Shown here: positions 21,208-30,906 of the stretch, piece by piece
How the letters are laid out: every line of letters begins with the position of its first letter
Numbering within the stretch: the stretch's first letter is position 1
From: an uncultured Alphaproteobacteria bacterium
GTDB taxonomy: Bacteria; Pseudomonadota; Alphaproteobacteria; HIMB59; GCA-002718135
Direction of reading: 5' to 3'
DNA length: 64,000 bases
Assembly (NCBI GenBank): GCA_902602845.1
Contig: CACKSN010000003.1
Coordinates: 9,243 to 73,242 of the forward strand
Notes under the pieces: generated by a model
What the model was told of the DNA's origin: nothing
Database searches by the model: none
Seen by the model: only the letters and a program-made list of their open reading frames with translations
Made by a program: the position numbers and the translations under genes

Positions 21208-24200
21208 TTTTATAAATAAATATAAAAGAAATAAAAAATTTCTTGAAAAACATAACATATATAGTGAAAATGACGAACACTCATCTTGTGGAGTTGGGTT
21301 AATAGCATCATTAGACGGGTCTGAAACAAGAGAAATAGTTGAACTTGGTGTTCAGGCATTAAAAGTTTTGTATCATAGAGGTGCTGTTGATGCTGATGGT
21401 AAAACAGGTGATGGTGCTGGTATTCAATTATCGATTCCAAAAAATTTCTTTAAGGAAAAAATTGAAAGAACAGGTCATCAGCCTAATGATTTACCATTTG
21501 GTGTTGGAATGATTTTTTTACCAAGAACTGATTTTGAGGCTCAAGAAAATGCCAGAACTATTGTCGAGTCAGAAATATTAAAAGAAAATCTTAAAATATA
21601 TGGTTGGAGACATGTCCCAATCAACTCGTCCATAATAGGTGATAAAGCAAAAGCAACACGTCCAGAAATAGAACAAATATTAATTTGTAATGAGCAATAT
21701 CAAGATGAAAAAGAATTTGAAAATAAATTATTTGTAATAAGAAAAAGAATTGAAAAGCAGATAAGAAATCAAAATATTTCAGATTTTTATATTTGTTCGT
21801 TTTCATGTCTATCTATCGTTTACAAAGGTATGTTTTTAGCAGAACAGCTATCAAACTTTTATCCTGATATACAAAAAAGAAACTTCATATCTCGATATGC
21901 TGTTTATCATCAAAGATACTCAACAAATACATTTCCTACATGGTCACTTGCTCAGCCATTTAGAGTCATTGCTCATAATGGAGAAATTAATACACTTAAA
22001 GGAAATAAAAACTGGATGAGCGCTCATGAGCCAAGAATGCAACATCAAAACTTTGGAAGCAATGTCGATGATTTAAAACCAATAATTGACTCTAAAGCTT
22101 CTGACTCAGCAGCTTTAGATTCTACAATAGAATTACTTGTTAAAGCAAACAGATCGCTTCCAATGGCAAAAATTATTACTATTCCAGAGGCATGGGCACA
22201 TAGAAGGGATTTTCCAAAAAAACTAAAAGATTTATATGCATATGGCGGAGCCGTTATGGAACCATGGGATGGTCCAGCTGCTATTTGTGGTGCATATGGT
22301 GATTGGGCAATAGCTGGTATGGACAGAAATGGCTTGAGGCCAATAAGATATACACTAACGAAAAAACTATTAATAGCTGGATCAGAAACAGGGATGGTTA
22401 GTGTTAATGAAAGTGATGTAGTAGAAAGAGGAAGAGTTGGACCTGGTCAATTAATAGCTGTAAATTTCAGTGAAAAAAAATTCTATAAAGATAATCAAAT
22501 AAAAAAATATTTAGCTGATACAAAACCATTTGGAGATTGGACAAAAAAAATTACTTATATCGATAGGTTAGTAAAATCTTCTGATGAGGAGTTTAGAGAT
22601 TTAGATTCTAGTGATTTAAGAAAAAGAATGGCATGTTTTTCATGGTCCATAGAAGATATTGAATTAATTCTTCATCCAATGATTGCTGAAAAAAAAGAAG
22701 CAACAGGTTCAATGGGGGATGATACTCCTCTTGCCGTTTTATCAAACAAATATAGAGGTCTTCATCATTTTTTTAGACAAAACTTTAGCCAAGTTACCAA
22801 CCCACCAATAGACTCCTTAAGAGAGAGAGTTGTAATGAGTCTTAGAACAAGAATTGGTAATCTTAGTAACATTCTTGATGAAGATGAGGCACAGTGTGAT
22901 CATTTACAATTAAATTCACCTGTTCTTTCAATTGAACAGTTTAAGTCAATGCGTAAGTATATGAATGATACAGTTAAAATCATAGACACAACAATGGACA
23001 AAACAAATCCTCAAAATAATTTTGAGAGGGAAATATCAAGAATAAATAATGAAGCTGAACAAGCAGTAAGGGAGGGTTATGTTCATATAATATTAAGTGA
23101 TAAAGAAATGTCAAAATCAAGAATAGCTTTACCTATGATTTTAGTTACAAGTTCTGTTCATCATTATCTAATTAAACAAAATTTAAGAACATTTATTTCA
23201 TTGAATGTTCAATCGGCAGAGTGTTTAGATGTTCAATATTTTGCAGTTTTGATTGGCGTAGGTGCAACAAGTGTAAATGCATATATGGCTCAACAAGCAA
23301 TAGCTGAAAGACATAAAAAGGGATTATTCAAAAACTTAACTTATGAGGAATGTGTCGAGAGATTTATTAATTCAATAAATAATGGTTTGCTTAAGACAAT
23401 GAGTAAAATGGGTATTTCTGTTATTAATTCTTATAGAGGTGGTTGTAACTTTGAAGCTATTGGTTTGAGTAGAAATTTAATGAGTAAATATTTTCCATCA
23501 ATGAGCTCAAAAATTTCAGGAATTGGTATCAGTGGAATAGAAAGAAGGTCGAGAATTGCACATGATAAAGCATATGAGGAAAATGTTATAACTTTGCCTA
23601 TTGGTGGAAATTATCGCTATAGATTTGGAGGGGAAAAACATGCTTTTGAAGCTCGTTCAATTCACATGTTACAAACTGCTGTTTCTTCAAATAATTATTC
23701 ATTATTTAAAAAATATTCATCAATGATTGATGAAATGGACCCTATTAATATTCGTGATCTTTTAAATTTCAAAAAAAATAATGATAATAAAAATCTATCA
23801 AATAACGTTGAACCATCTCAAGAAATTAGAAAGAGATTAGTTGCGCCTGGTATTTCACTTGGTGCATTAAGTCCAGAAGCACATGAAACATTATCTGTTG
23901 CCATGAATAGAATAGGTGCAAAATCGGATTCAGGTGAGGGTGGAGAGGATCCTATTAGATTTAAAACCAAACCAAATGGAGATAATCCTTCATCAAAAAT
24001 AAAACAAATTGCGAGTGGTAGATTTGGTGTTACAGCAGAGTACCTCAACAACTGCGAAGAAATTGAAATAAAAGTCGCTCAGGGAGCTAAGCCAGGTGAA
24101 GGCGGACAGTTACCTGGAGGAAAAGTTACCGAGCTAATTGCTAAGTTAAGACATTCAACAGAGGGTGTCACACTTATTAGTCCACCACCTCATCACGACA

Positions 24201-25717
24201 TATACTCAATCGAAGATTTAGCTCAATTGATTTATGATTTAAAGCAAATAAATCCAAAAGCTAAAGTTTGTGTAAAGCTTGTAGCACAATCTGGTATCGG
24301 AACAGTCGCAGCTGGAGTTGCAAAAGCAAAGGCAGATACTATTTTAATTTCTGGTCATAATGGAGGTACGGGAGCAAGTCCACAAACAAGTATAAAGTAC
24401 GCAGGTCTCCCTTGGGAACTTGGGTTAAGTGAAGTTCACCAAGTCTTATCCCTGAACAATCTTAGAGATAATGTTATTTTAAGAACAGATGGGGGCTTAA
24501 AGACTGGGAAAGATATTGTTATCGCAGCCATGCTAGGTGCAGAAGAATATGGAATTGGAACAGCAAGTTTAGTTGCCATGGGTTGTATTATGGTTAGACA
24601 ATGTCATTCTAATACATGTCCTGTTGGCGTTTGTTCACAAGATGAAAAACTAAGAGAAAAATTTACAGGAACACCTGAAAAAGTAATAAACTTATTTAGT
24701 TTTATTGCAGATGAAGTGAGAGAAATTTTAGGGTCATTGGGTTTTTCATCACTCGATGAAGTAGTTGGAAGATCTGACCTTTTATACCAAGTAAGTAGAG
24801 GAAGCTCTGATTTGGATGATTTAGATTTAAATCCAATTATTCAAACCATTGATTCATCTGTTGGAGAATTCAAAACAAAGAAGAATACAATTAATAAGGT
24901 CAGTGATAGTTTAGATCTTAAAATAATTGATGATGCTAAATCATTCTTTGAAACAGATCAAAAAATTGAACTAAATTACAACATAAAAAATACTGATAGG
25001 GCAATTGGTACAAGACTTGCATCAGAAATAACAACTACAAAAGGTATGAGTTTACTTCCTGAAGATTTCTTTACAGCCAATTTTCATGGTTCCGCTGGAC
25101 AATCTTTTGGAGCCTGGAGTGTACAAGGAACAACACTTAGAATTTTTGGGGATGCAAATGATTATGTAGCAAAAGGATTGTCTGGCGGCAAAATTGTTAT
25201 TCAACCAAGTTCATCTTCACAACTACAAACAAACAAAAACGTTATAATTGGTAATACAGTTCTATATGGTGCAACGCGTGGTAAATTGTTTGCAGCTGGA
25301 ACGGCTGGCGATAGATTCGCTGTAAGAAATTCTGGTGCACATGCTGTAATTGAAGGATGTGGTGATAATGGATGTGAATATATGACTGGAGGAAGTGCAG
25401 TCATTCTTGGTGAAGTTGGAAATAATTTTGGAGCAGGAATGACAGGAGGAATGGCGTTTGTTTATGACAAAGAAGGAACTTTACCAGTTCGTATCAATCT
25501 TGAAGATATTTTCTATCAGCAACAAATGACAAATTATTGGGAAAATATTTTATATCAAAAAATAAAAGAACATATCAAAGAAACAAATTCACGGTATGCA
25601 AAAAATCTACTTGAAAATTGGGAAAATGAAAAACTACTTTTCTGGCAAATAGTACCAAAAGAGATGATTAACAAATTTGATAAACCTGTATTAAAACAGG
25701 AAGAAAAATCTGCCTAG
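21197..25717 (+). CDS. gltB: Glutamate synthase (NADPH) large subunit
   Basis: 1506 aa, Ntn nucleophile CGVGLIA after a short propeptide, FMN/3Fe-4S domain (CHSNTCPVGV), C-terminal GXGXG beta-helix. Confidence 0.97.
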   Translation: MENDFINKYKRNKKFLEKHNIYSENDEHSSCGVGLIASLDGSETREIVELGVQALKVLYHRGAVDADGKTGDGAGIQLSIPKNFFKEKIERTGHQPNDLPFGVGMIFLPRTDFEAQENARTIVESEILKENLKIYGWRHVPINSSIIGDKAKATRPEIEQILICNEQYQDEKEFENKLFVIRKRIEKQIRNQNISDFYICSFSCLSIVYKGMFLAEQLSNFYPDIQKRNFISRYAVYHQRYSTNTFPTWSLAQPFRVIAHNGEINTLKGNKNWMSAHEPRMQHQNFGSNVDDLKPIIDSKASDSAALDSTIELLVKANRSLPMAKIITIPEAWAHRRDFPKKLKDLYAYGGAVMEPWDGPAAICGAYGDWAIAGMDRNGLRPIRYTLTKKLLIAGSETGMVSVNESDVVERGRVGPGQLIAVNFSEKKFYKDNQIKKYLADTKPFGDWTKKITYIDRLVKSSDEEFRDLDSSDLRKRMACFSWSIEDIELILHPMIAEKKEATGSMGDDTPLAVLSNKYRGLHHFFRQNFSQVTNPPIDSLRERVVMSLRTRIGNLSNILDEDEAQCDHLQLNSPVLSIEQFKSMRKYMNDTVKIIDTTMDKTNPQNNFEREISRINNEAEQAVREGYVHIILSDKEMSKSRIALPMILVTSSVHHYLIKQNLRTFISLNVQSAECLDVQYFAVLIGVGATSVNAYMAQQAIAERHKKGLFKNLTYEECVERFINSINNGLLKTMSKMGISVINSYRGGCNFEAIGLSRNLMSKYFPSMSSKISGIGISGIERRSRIAHDKAYEENVITLPIGGNYRYRFGGEKHAFEARSIHMLQTAVSSNNYSLFKKYSSMIDEMDPINIRDLLNFKKNNDNKNLSNNVEPSQEIRKRLVAPGISLGALSPEAHETLSVAMNRIGAKSDSGEGGEDPIRFKTKPNGDNPSSKIKQIASGRFGVTAEYLNNCEEIEIKVAQGAKPGEGGQLPGGKVTELIAKLRHSTEGVTLISPPPHHDIYSIEDLAQLIYDLKQINPKAKVCVKLVAQSGIGTVAAGVAKAKADTILISGHNGGTGASPQTSIKYAGLPWELGLSEVHQVLSLNNLRDNVILRTDGGLKTGKDIVIAAMLGAEEYGIGTASLVAMGCIMVRQCHSNTCPVGVCSQDEKLREKFTGTPEKVINLFSFIADEVREILGSLGFSSLDEVVGRSDLLYQVSRGSSDLDDLDLNPIIQTIDSSVGEFKTKKNTINKVSDSLDLKIIDDAKSFFETDQKIELNYNIKNTDRAIGTRLASEITTTKGMSLLPEDFFTANFHGSAGQSFGAWSVQGTTLRIFGDANDYVAKGLSGGKIVIQPSSSSQLQTNKNVIIGNTVLYGATRGKLFAAGTAGDRFAVRNSGAHAVIEGCGDNGCEYMTGGSAVILGEVGNNFGAGMTGGMAFVYDKEGTLPVRINLEDIFYQQQMTNYWENILYQKIKEHIKETNSRYAKNLLENWENEKLLFWQIVPKEMINKFDKPVLKQEEKSA

Positions 25718-26448
25718 TTTTTTCTAATAATTGACTGAATAGACTCGTTTATTATCTTTAGATCATAAGGTTTTGATAATCGATGATCACTATTTTTTAA
25801 TAATTTTATCTGTATTTGATTACCTTTAATTTTTTTTATAATTTTCTCTGGAACATCTGGCTTAACAACATTATCTTTTAAACCTTGGATTAATATTAAA
25901 GGCTTGTTCCATTTAAATTCTTTATTTAAAATTTTATTTTTTCGTCCATCAATAATATATTTCTTTTTTACAAGATAACTAAATCCATAAGAAGAATATT
26001 TAATAAATCCTTTTTTATTTAACTCCTCTTTTTTCTTATTAGAAAGATCATTGTAAAATCCGTCTATATAATCTGGTGCCGCAGCAAGACCTACCATACC
26101 AATTACTTTTGATGATCTTGCATTAGCTGCTAGGAACATTAACCATCCTCCCATGCTACTTCCAACAAGTATTTGAGGACCTTTAGCTATATTATCAATG
26201 ACATCGATTAAATCTTTTTTCCAATCAGAGATTGTAAAATCTTCAAATTTTCCGTTAGATTTACCATGACCTCGGCACTCAAAACGAATAAAACGAAGCT
26301 TATTTTTCTTAGCATATTTTTCAATAGATAAGGCTTTTTGGCCACTCATATCAGAATTTAAACCATGTATAAAAATGATGCCAGGAGATTTCCCCTTAAG
26401 AGATTTATAATGTATTTTTTCTTTTTTCTTATTAATAAAATAGGCCAT
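25714..26448 (-). CDS. Alpha/beta hydrolase-fold protein
   Basis: 244 aa, HG oxyanion motif IFIHGL, nucleophile elbow GSSMGG, C-terminal DH; substrate unknown. Confidence 0.7.
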   Translation of the reverse strand: MAYFINKKKEKIHYKSLKGKSPGIIFIHGLNSDMSGQKALSIEKYAKKNKLRFIRFECRGHGKSNGKFEDFTISDWKKDLIDVIDNIAKGPQILVGSSMGGWLMFLAANARSSKVIGMVGLAAAPDYIDGFYNDLSNKKKEELNKKGFIKYSSYGFSYLVKKKYIIDGRKNKILNKEFKWNKPLILIQGLKDNVVKPDVPEKIIKKIKGNQIQIKLLKNSDHRLSKPYDLKIINESIQSIIRKN

Positions 26449-26477
26449 TTTTGATACAAATACTTATATTTTAAAAA

Positions 26478-27605
26478 ATGTCATCATTTAATGTCGCTCA
26501 AATTCTACCTTCTTTAGACTCTGGTGGTGTCGAAAGAGGAACTATTGAAGTTGCTAATTATTTATCTGAATTAAAGTTAAAAAATAATATTATTTCAAAT
26601 GGAGGACGTTTAATTAATGAAATTAATAAAAATTACACTAATCATTATCAATTAGCAGTTCATTCAAAAAATTTTTTTAGCTATCCAAAAATAGCAAATA
26701 AATTAAAAAAAATAATTATGAATCAAAATGTAAATATAGTCCATGTTCGATCAAGAGCACCGGCATGGATTCTAAGTTTTATTAAAAATAAAAACTTTAA
26801 AACAATATCTACATTTCATAATGTTTATAGTGGAAATTCATATTTTAAAAAAATCTATAATAAACAATTATCAAAAGTTGATCAAATTGTTGCAATTTCA
26901 AATTATGTTAAAAATGAAATTTGTACGAAATATAATTTAGACTCAAAAAAAATTAAAGTAATTAATAGAGGAGTTGATGTTAAATATTTTGAAAAACAAA
27001 TTTTAGATTCTGAAATTGACAAAATAATTAAAAAGTTCCAAATTGATATTTCTAAAAAACTTATATTGTATCCAGCAAGGATAACAAATTGGAAAGGACA
27101 AATTGAATTTTTAGAAATATTTAATAAGATTGAAAATCATGATTTTTTATTGTATTTTGTAGGTGATACCAAAAACCAATCTTATACAGAAAAATTACAG
27201 AATAAAATTCGGCGTTTAAACCTCAGTCATAATTGTAAAATAATTGGTAATCTATCTAGAGATGATTTAAAAATTTTATATTATCTGTCATCAATTATTA
27301 CCTCCTTTCCTTTACAAGCTGAAGGATTTGGAAGAATTATAAGTGAAGCTTTAATAATGCGAAAAAAGATACTATCTTTTAACTATGGAGGAGTTAGGGA
27401 TCAATTAGAGAAATTAGATGACATTTATAAAGTAGATCCTCATAAATATAGTGATATTGCTACAAAACTTCAAAATATTTTAAAATTAGATGACGAAAAT
27501 TTTTTTAACATATCTGCATTAAGTAAAGAGCATATATCAAAATCATTTTCAAAATCTCAAATGGTAAAAAGCTACGTTGATTTATATGAACAACAATCAA
27601 TTTAA
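26478..27605 (+). CDS. Glycosyltransferase, GT4 (GT-B, RfaG/LpsB-like)
   Basis: 375 aa, N-terminal SGGVERG, C-terminal EGFGRIISEA acceptor/donor motif of GT4 enzymes. Confidence 0.7.
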   Translation: MSSFNVAQILPSLDSGGVERGTIEVANYLSELKLKNNIISNGGRLINEINKNYTNHYQLAVHSKNFFSYPKIANKLKKIIMNQNVNIVHVRSRAPAWILSFIKNKNFKTISTFHNVYSGNSYFKKIYNKQLSKVDQIVAISNYVKNEICTKYNLDSKKIKVINRGVDVKYFEKQILDSEIDKIIKKFQIDISKKLILYPARITNWKGQIEFLEIFNKIENHDFLLYFVGDTKNQSYTEKLQNKIRRLNLSHNCKIIGNLSRDDLKILYYLSSIITSFPLQAEGFGRIISEALIMRKKILSFNYGGVRDQLEKLDDIYKVDPHKYSDIATKLQNILKLDDENFFNISALSKEHISKSFSKSQMVKSYVDLYEQQSI

Positions 27606-28521
27606 TAATATACTTGTTGTCAAGCATGGATCACTTGGTGACATTGCTTTTTCTCTACTTGCTATGGCTTCGATTAAGAAAAATTTTAGCAATGCGACTA
27701 TTGATCTACTTACTGAGGAAAAATACATAAATTTTTTGAAAAGTTCTAATTATTTTAAAACAATTATTAGAGATAACAGAAGAGGAATAATAGATTCTTT
27801 AAAGGTTATCTTTAAAATTAAACGAAATAAATATGATTTAGTTATAGATTTACAAAATTCTAAAAGAACAAATAACTACTGGGCATTATTAAAACTTATT
27901 TCAAAGGTAAAAATAAATGGATCTAGGTCGAATTGCGATATTCAATATGTTATTCCTTCTCAAGGAACTGAATCTCCACAAAATGGATTATACAACCAAT
28001 TAAAATTAATAGGCATAAGTGAAATTAATAAAAATATTGATTGGCTTTCAACAAATATTTCAGAAATTAATAAAGATAATATAATTTTAATGGTACCTGG
28101 CGTTTCTAAATCAGGCAAAGATAAACAATGGTCACCCGATAATTTTGCAAAACTTGCAAGTTCACTAGAAAAAAGAGGTTATCATATTTGTGTTGTTGGA
28201 CAAAAATCTGATAGAGAAACAATAACTACTATAAGTAAAGCATGCCAGAAAATTATTGATTTAACTGATAAGTCACCCCCTGAAGTCATCTACTCTTTGG
28301 CAAAAAAAAGTAATTTTGTAATTAGTAATGATACCGGACCAGGTCACATAGCGGCTCTGAGTAAATCACCTATTCTTTTTTTAGCTAAAGATAATGTTAT
28401 AGCAAAATCAAATTTGTCAGAATATACAAATGGATACTACATTCTTGGTGATACTATGCAGACAATATCAGTTAATTATGTTTTAGATTTTCTAAATGAT
28501 AAAAAATTAATTAATAAATGA
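27577..28521 (+). CDS. Glycosyltransferase family 9 (LPS heptosyltransferase-like)
   Basis: 314 aa, ILVVKHGSLGDIAFSL N-terminus and SNDTGPGHIAA C-terminal motif typical of GT9. Start may be the ATG at 27586. Confidence 0.7.
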   Translation: MIYMNNNQFNNILVVKHGSLGDIAFSLLAMASIKKNFSNATIDLLTEEKYINFLKSSNYFKTIIRDNRRGIIDSLKVIFKIKRNKYDLVIDLQNSKRTNNYWALLKLISKVKINGSRSNCDIQYVIPSQGTESPQNGLYNQLKLIGISEINKNIDWLSTNISEINKDNIILMVPGVSKSGKDKQWSPDNFAKLASSLEKRGYHICVVGQKSDRETITTISKACQKIIDLTDKSPPEVIYSLAKKSNFVISNDTGPGHIAALSKSPILFLAKDNVIAKSNLSEYTNGYYILGDTMQTISVNYVLDFLNDKKLINK

Positions 28522-29514
28522 TATTAATTCTTTTTCTAAATTTTTATTATTTGAGACTATTTTAGTATATTTTTTATTCCAAGGAGCATATTCTTCTGCA
28601 ATCATGTATGGAGCATTATCAGCATCATAAATTACACAAAGTTTAGCTTCAGAGAGTGATGCAATATGTGTGCATCCACATTCAGGTGTAATTACATAAG
28701 TTGACAAATTAATTATTGATGTCCAATTATCAAAGTTTAATTGATCCAATATTAAAACTTTATTTATGACATTGAGATTTTTTAAATCGACATTAGTTAC
28801 AATGTCATACTTTTCAAAGATTTTATAAAATACATCTTTTGATGTGCTGTCACTTGTCATTACAATATTAATATTTAATTTTTTTAAATTTTCTAATAAA
28901 TGTATAAAGTTATCTTCTGAAAAGTATTTATTAACCCATTTTGAAGATAAGTGGATCAAACATAATTTTCCAGTATTCATATATATTTTTTTAAATTTAA
29001 ATAAATTTTTTATATGAGTATTTTCATTTAAATATAATCCACTTTTAGTAACTAACTCCATCATAACCTTGGTTTGATGTATCGGTTTATTTTGTGAATA
29101 TCTTAATTGGCGGTTAATTGTTAAATATTGATTAAAAAAAATTTTACTTAAAATTAGCTCAATTAACTTAGTATTATAGTTATTTTTGTATCTCGATTTT
29201 AAAATCATTAGAGATTTTGTTTTACTCTTTGAAAATGCAGATATTAATATACTTACAATTCCAGGGCTAAATGTAAAAATATAATCATAATTTTTTTTTC
29301 TTAAATTTGAAATTGTTTTGAAGATCCCTATAAATTTATTTTGAAGTAAAATAATACTATTAATAGAATTAAATTGATTACAAATCTTTTGATTTGCACT
29401 AGAACATACAACATCAATTTGATAATCTTTATTAATTTCTTTTAATCCTTGTATAATTGGAAGGGTGAGGATCATATCACCCATTTTGTCAGTTCTAACT
29501 ATACAGATTTTCAT
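28507..29514 (-). CDS. Glycosyltransferase family 9 (LPS heptosyltransferase-like), divergent
   Basis: 335 aa, MKICIVRTDKMGDMILTLP N-terminus, TPECGCTHIAS C-terminal motif. Confidence 0.62.
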   Translation of the reverse strand: MKICIVRTDKMGDMILTLPIIQGLKEINKDYQIDVVCSSANQKICNQFNSINSIILLQNKFIGIFKTISNLRKKNYDYIFTFSPGIVSILISAFSKSKTKSLMILKSRYKNNYNTKLIELILSKIFFNQYLTINRQLRYSQNKPIHQTKVMMELVTKSGLYLNENTHIKNLFKFKKIYMNTGKLCLIHLSSKWVNKYFSEDNFIHLLENLKKLNINIVMTSDSTSKDVFYKIFEKYDIVTNVDLKNLNVINKVLILDQLNFDNWTSIINLSTYVITPECGCTHIASLSEAKLCVIYDADNAPYMIAEEYAPWNKKYTKIVSNNKNLEKELISFIN

Positions 29515-29670
29515 AATCTTATTTAATAATTTAATTACAATTTAATTTTTTTATAAAATCAGGTCTTGAATTTAATTTCATTTGAGATTATATCCTAACA
29601 AAATATGACAAAACATTTAATTTCTTAATATGCTATTAAATAATAGCTTTAACATAATCTTTATATAATT

Positions 29671-30210
29671 TTGGCCGTTAATTTCAAAACAAAGAAAGAT
29701 ATTGGTCCAAGAATCAATGAGCAAATCACTGCAAGTGAAGTTAGGCTTATTTCAAGTAGTGGAAAACAGCTAGGTATATTGAGTATACGTGAAGCCCTTA
29801 TTCAAGCTGAAGATGAGGGATTTGACCTAGTTGAAGTTTCTCCAGAGGCTAACCCACCTGTTTGTAAGATTATTGATTATGGAAAGTTAAAATATAGAGA
29901 ACAAAAAAGTAAAAAAGAGGCCAAAAAGAAGCAAAAAACAATTGAAGTAAAAGAAATTAAAATGAGACCCGGAATAGATACACATGATTATAATGTAAAA
30001 GTTAAAGCTCTTTCAAAATTTATTGGAGGAGGAAATAAGGTCAAAGTGTCAATGCGCTTTAAGGGCAGGGAGATGGAACATCAAAATTTAGGTTTTGATC
30101 TCTTAAAAAAACTTACAACAGAGGTTGAAGAATACGCAAAGGTAGAGGTAGCTCCTAAATTTGAGGGTAAACAAATAATGATGATTTTAGTCCCACAAGT
30201 AGCTAAATAA
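29671..30210 (+). CDS. infC: Translation initiation factor IF-3
   Basis: 179 aa, INEQITASEVRLI, EVSPEANPPVCKIIDYGK, collinear with E. coli IF3. Non-ATG start (TTG 29671 or ATT 29668). Confidence 0.93.
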   Translation: MAVNFKTKKDIGPRINEQITASEVRLISSSGKQLGILSIREALIQAEDEGFDLVEVSPEANPPVCKIIDYGKLKYREQKSKKEAKKKQKTIEVKEIKMRPGIDTHDYNVKVKALSKFIGGGNKVKVSMRFKGREMEHQNLGFDLLKKLTTEVEEYAKVEVAPKFEGKQIMMILVPQVAK

Positions 30211-30219
30211 TTCTTAATA

Positions 30220-30247
30220 TTGCAAAAGATCTATTTATCAGTATAAG
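30220..30247 (+). promoter_or_regulatory. Candidate sigma-70 promoter for rpmI-rplT
   Basis: TTGCAA (30220..30225) - 16 nt - TATAAG (30242..30247), just downstream of the infC stop. AT-rich background makes chance matches likely. Confidence 0.3.
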
Positions 30248-30257
30248 CCTTTCAATC

Positions 30258-30286
30258 TTGTTATGGCCTGCGGGGCAGCCTAACGG
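30258..30286 (+). promoter_or_regulatory. GC-rich leader hairpin upstream of rpmI (possible L20/L35 operator)
   Basis: Inner stem GGC(C)TGC / GCAGCC around a G-rich loop (30265..30280), extended by TTGTTA / TAACGG. No downstream T-run, so not a canonical terminator. Confidence 0.4.
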
Positions 30287-30310
30287 TAAACTTAAAAAAA
30301 GGAGATTTCA

Positions 30311-30511
30311 ATGCCCAAGCTTAAAACTAAAAGTAGTTTAAAAAAAAGATTTTCCAGAACTGGGACTGGTAAAATTAAATTTAAACCTGCTGGAAAAAGG
30401 CACGGAATGAGTAAACGTTCCAACAAATTCATTCGTAACACTAAAAGATCAGCAATTATGTCACCAGGTGACTCTGCTTTGATTGATCATATGTTACCAT
30501 ACAATAAGTAG
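30311..30511 (+). CDS. rpmI: 50S ribosomal protein L35
   Basis: 66 aa, [14 protein letters not shown] start; SD aggag 30300..30304. Confidence 0.93.
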   Translation: MPKLKTKSSLKKRFSRTGTGKIKFKPAGKRHGMSKRSNKFIRNTKRSAIMSPGDSALIDHMLPYNK

Positions 30512-30523
30512 GGGAGATTAATT

Positions 30524-30877
30524 ATGGCTAGAGTATCAAGAGGTGTTACAGCAAGAGCGAGACACAAAAAAGTTATCAAAAAAGCAAAAGGTTATTACGG
30601 TAGAAGAAAAAATGTATTCAGAGTAGCAGTTCAGGCTGTTGAGAGAGGAATGCAGTATGCTTATAGAGATCGTAAAAAGAGAAAAAGTGATTTTAGAGGG
30701 CTTTGGATACAACGAATCAATGCTGGAGTTAGAATGCATGGTCTAACATATTCGCAGTTTATTTCAGGTTTAAAGAAATCATCTATTGAAATTGATAGAA
30801 AAATTTTAGCTGATCTTGCAGTTAATCAGCCTGATGCATTTAAGGCATTAGTTGATAAAGCTCAATCTGCTAGATAA
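30524..30877 (+). CDS. rplT: 50S ribosomal protein L20
   Basis: 117 aa, [29 protein letters not shown]. Confidence 0.95.
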   Translation: MARVSRGVTARARHKKVIKKAKGYYGRRKNVFRVAVQAVERGMQYAYRDRKKRKSDFRGLWIQRINAGVRMHGLTYSQFISGLKKSSIEIDRKILADLAVNQPDAFKALVDKAQSAR

Positions 30878-30906
30878 TTTAAATTAATAAAATATAATAG
30901 ATTGTT

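Noticed and set aside
19759-25717. Small-subunit-first order (gltD before gltB, 11-nt overlap), the reverse of E. coli.
   Set aside because: The same order is known from Azospirillum and, as far as I recall, other alphaproteobacteria, so it is not novel.
29604-29657. Two mini-ORFs (MTKHLIS*, MLLKIALT*) upstream of infC as possible leader peptides.
   Set aside because: They are 7-8 codons with no SD and no associated alternative hairpins. Such ORFs are expected by chance in AT-rich spacer.
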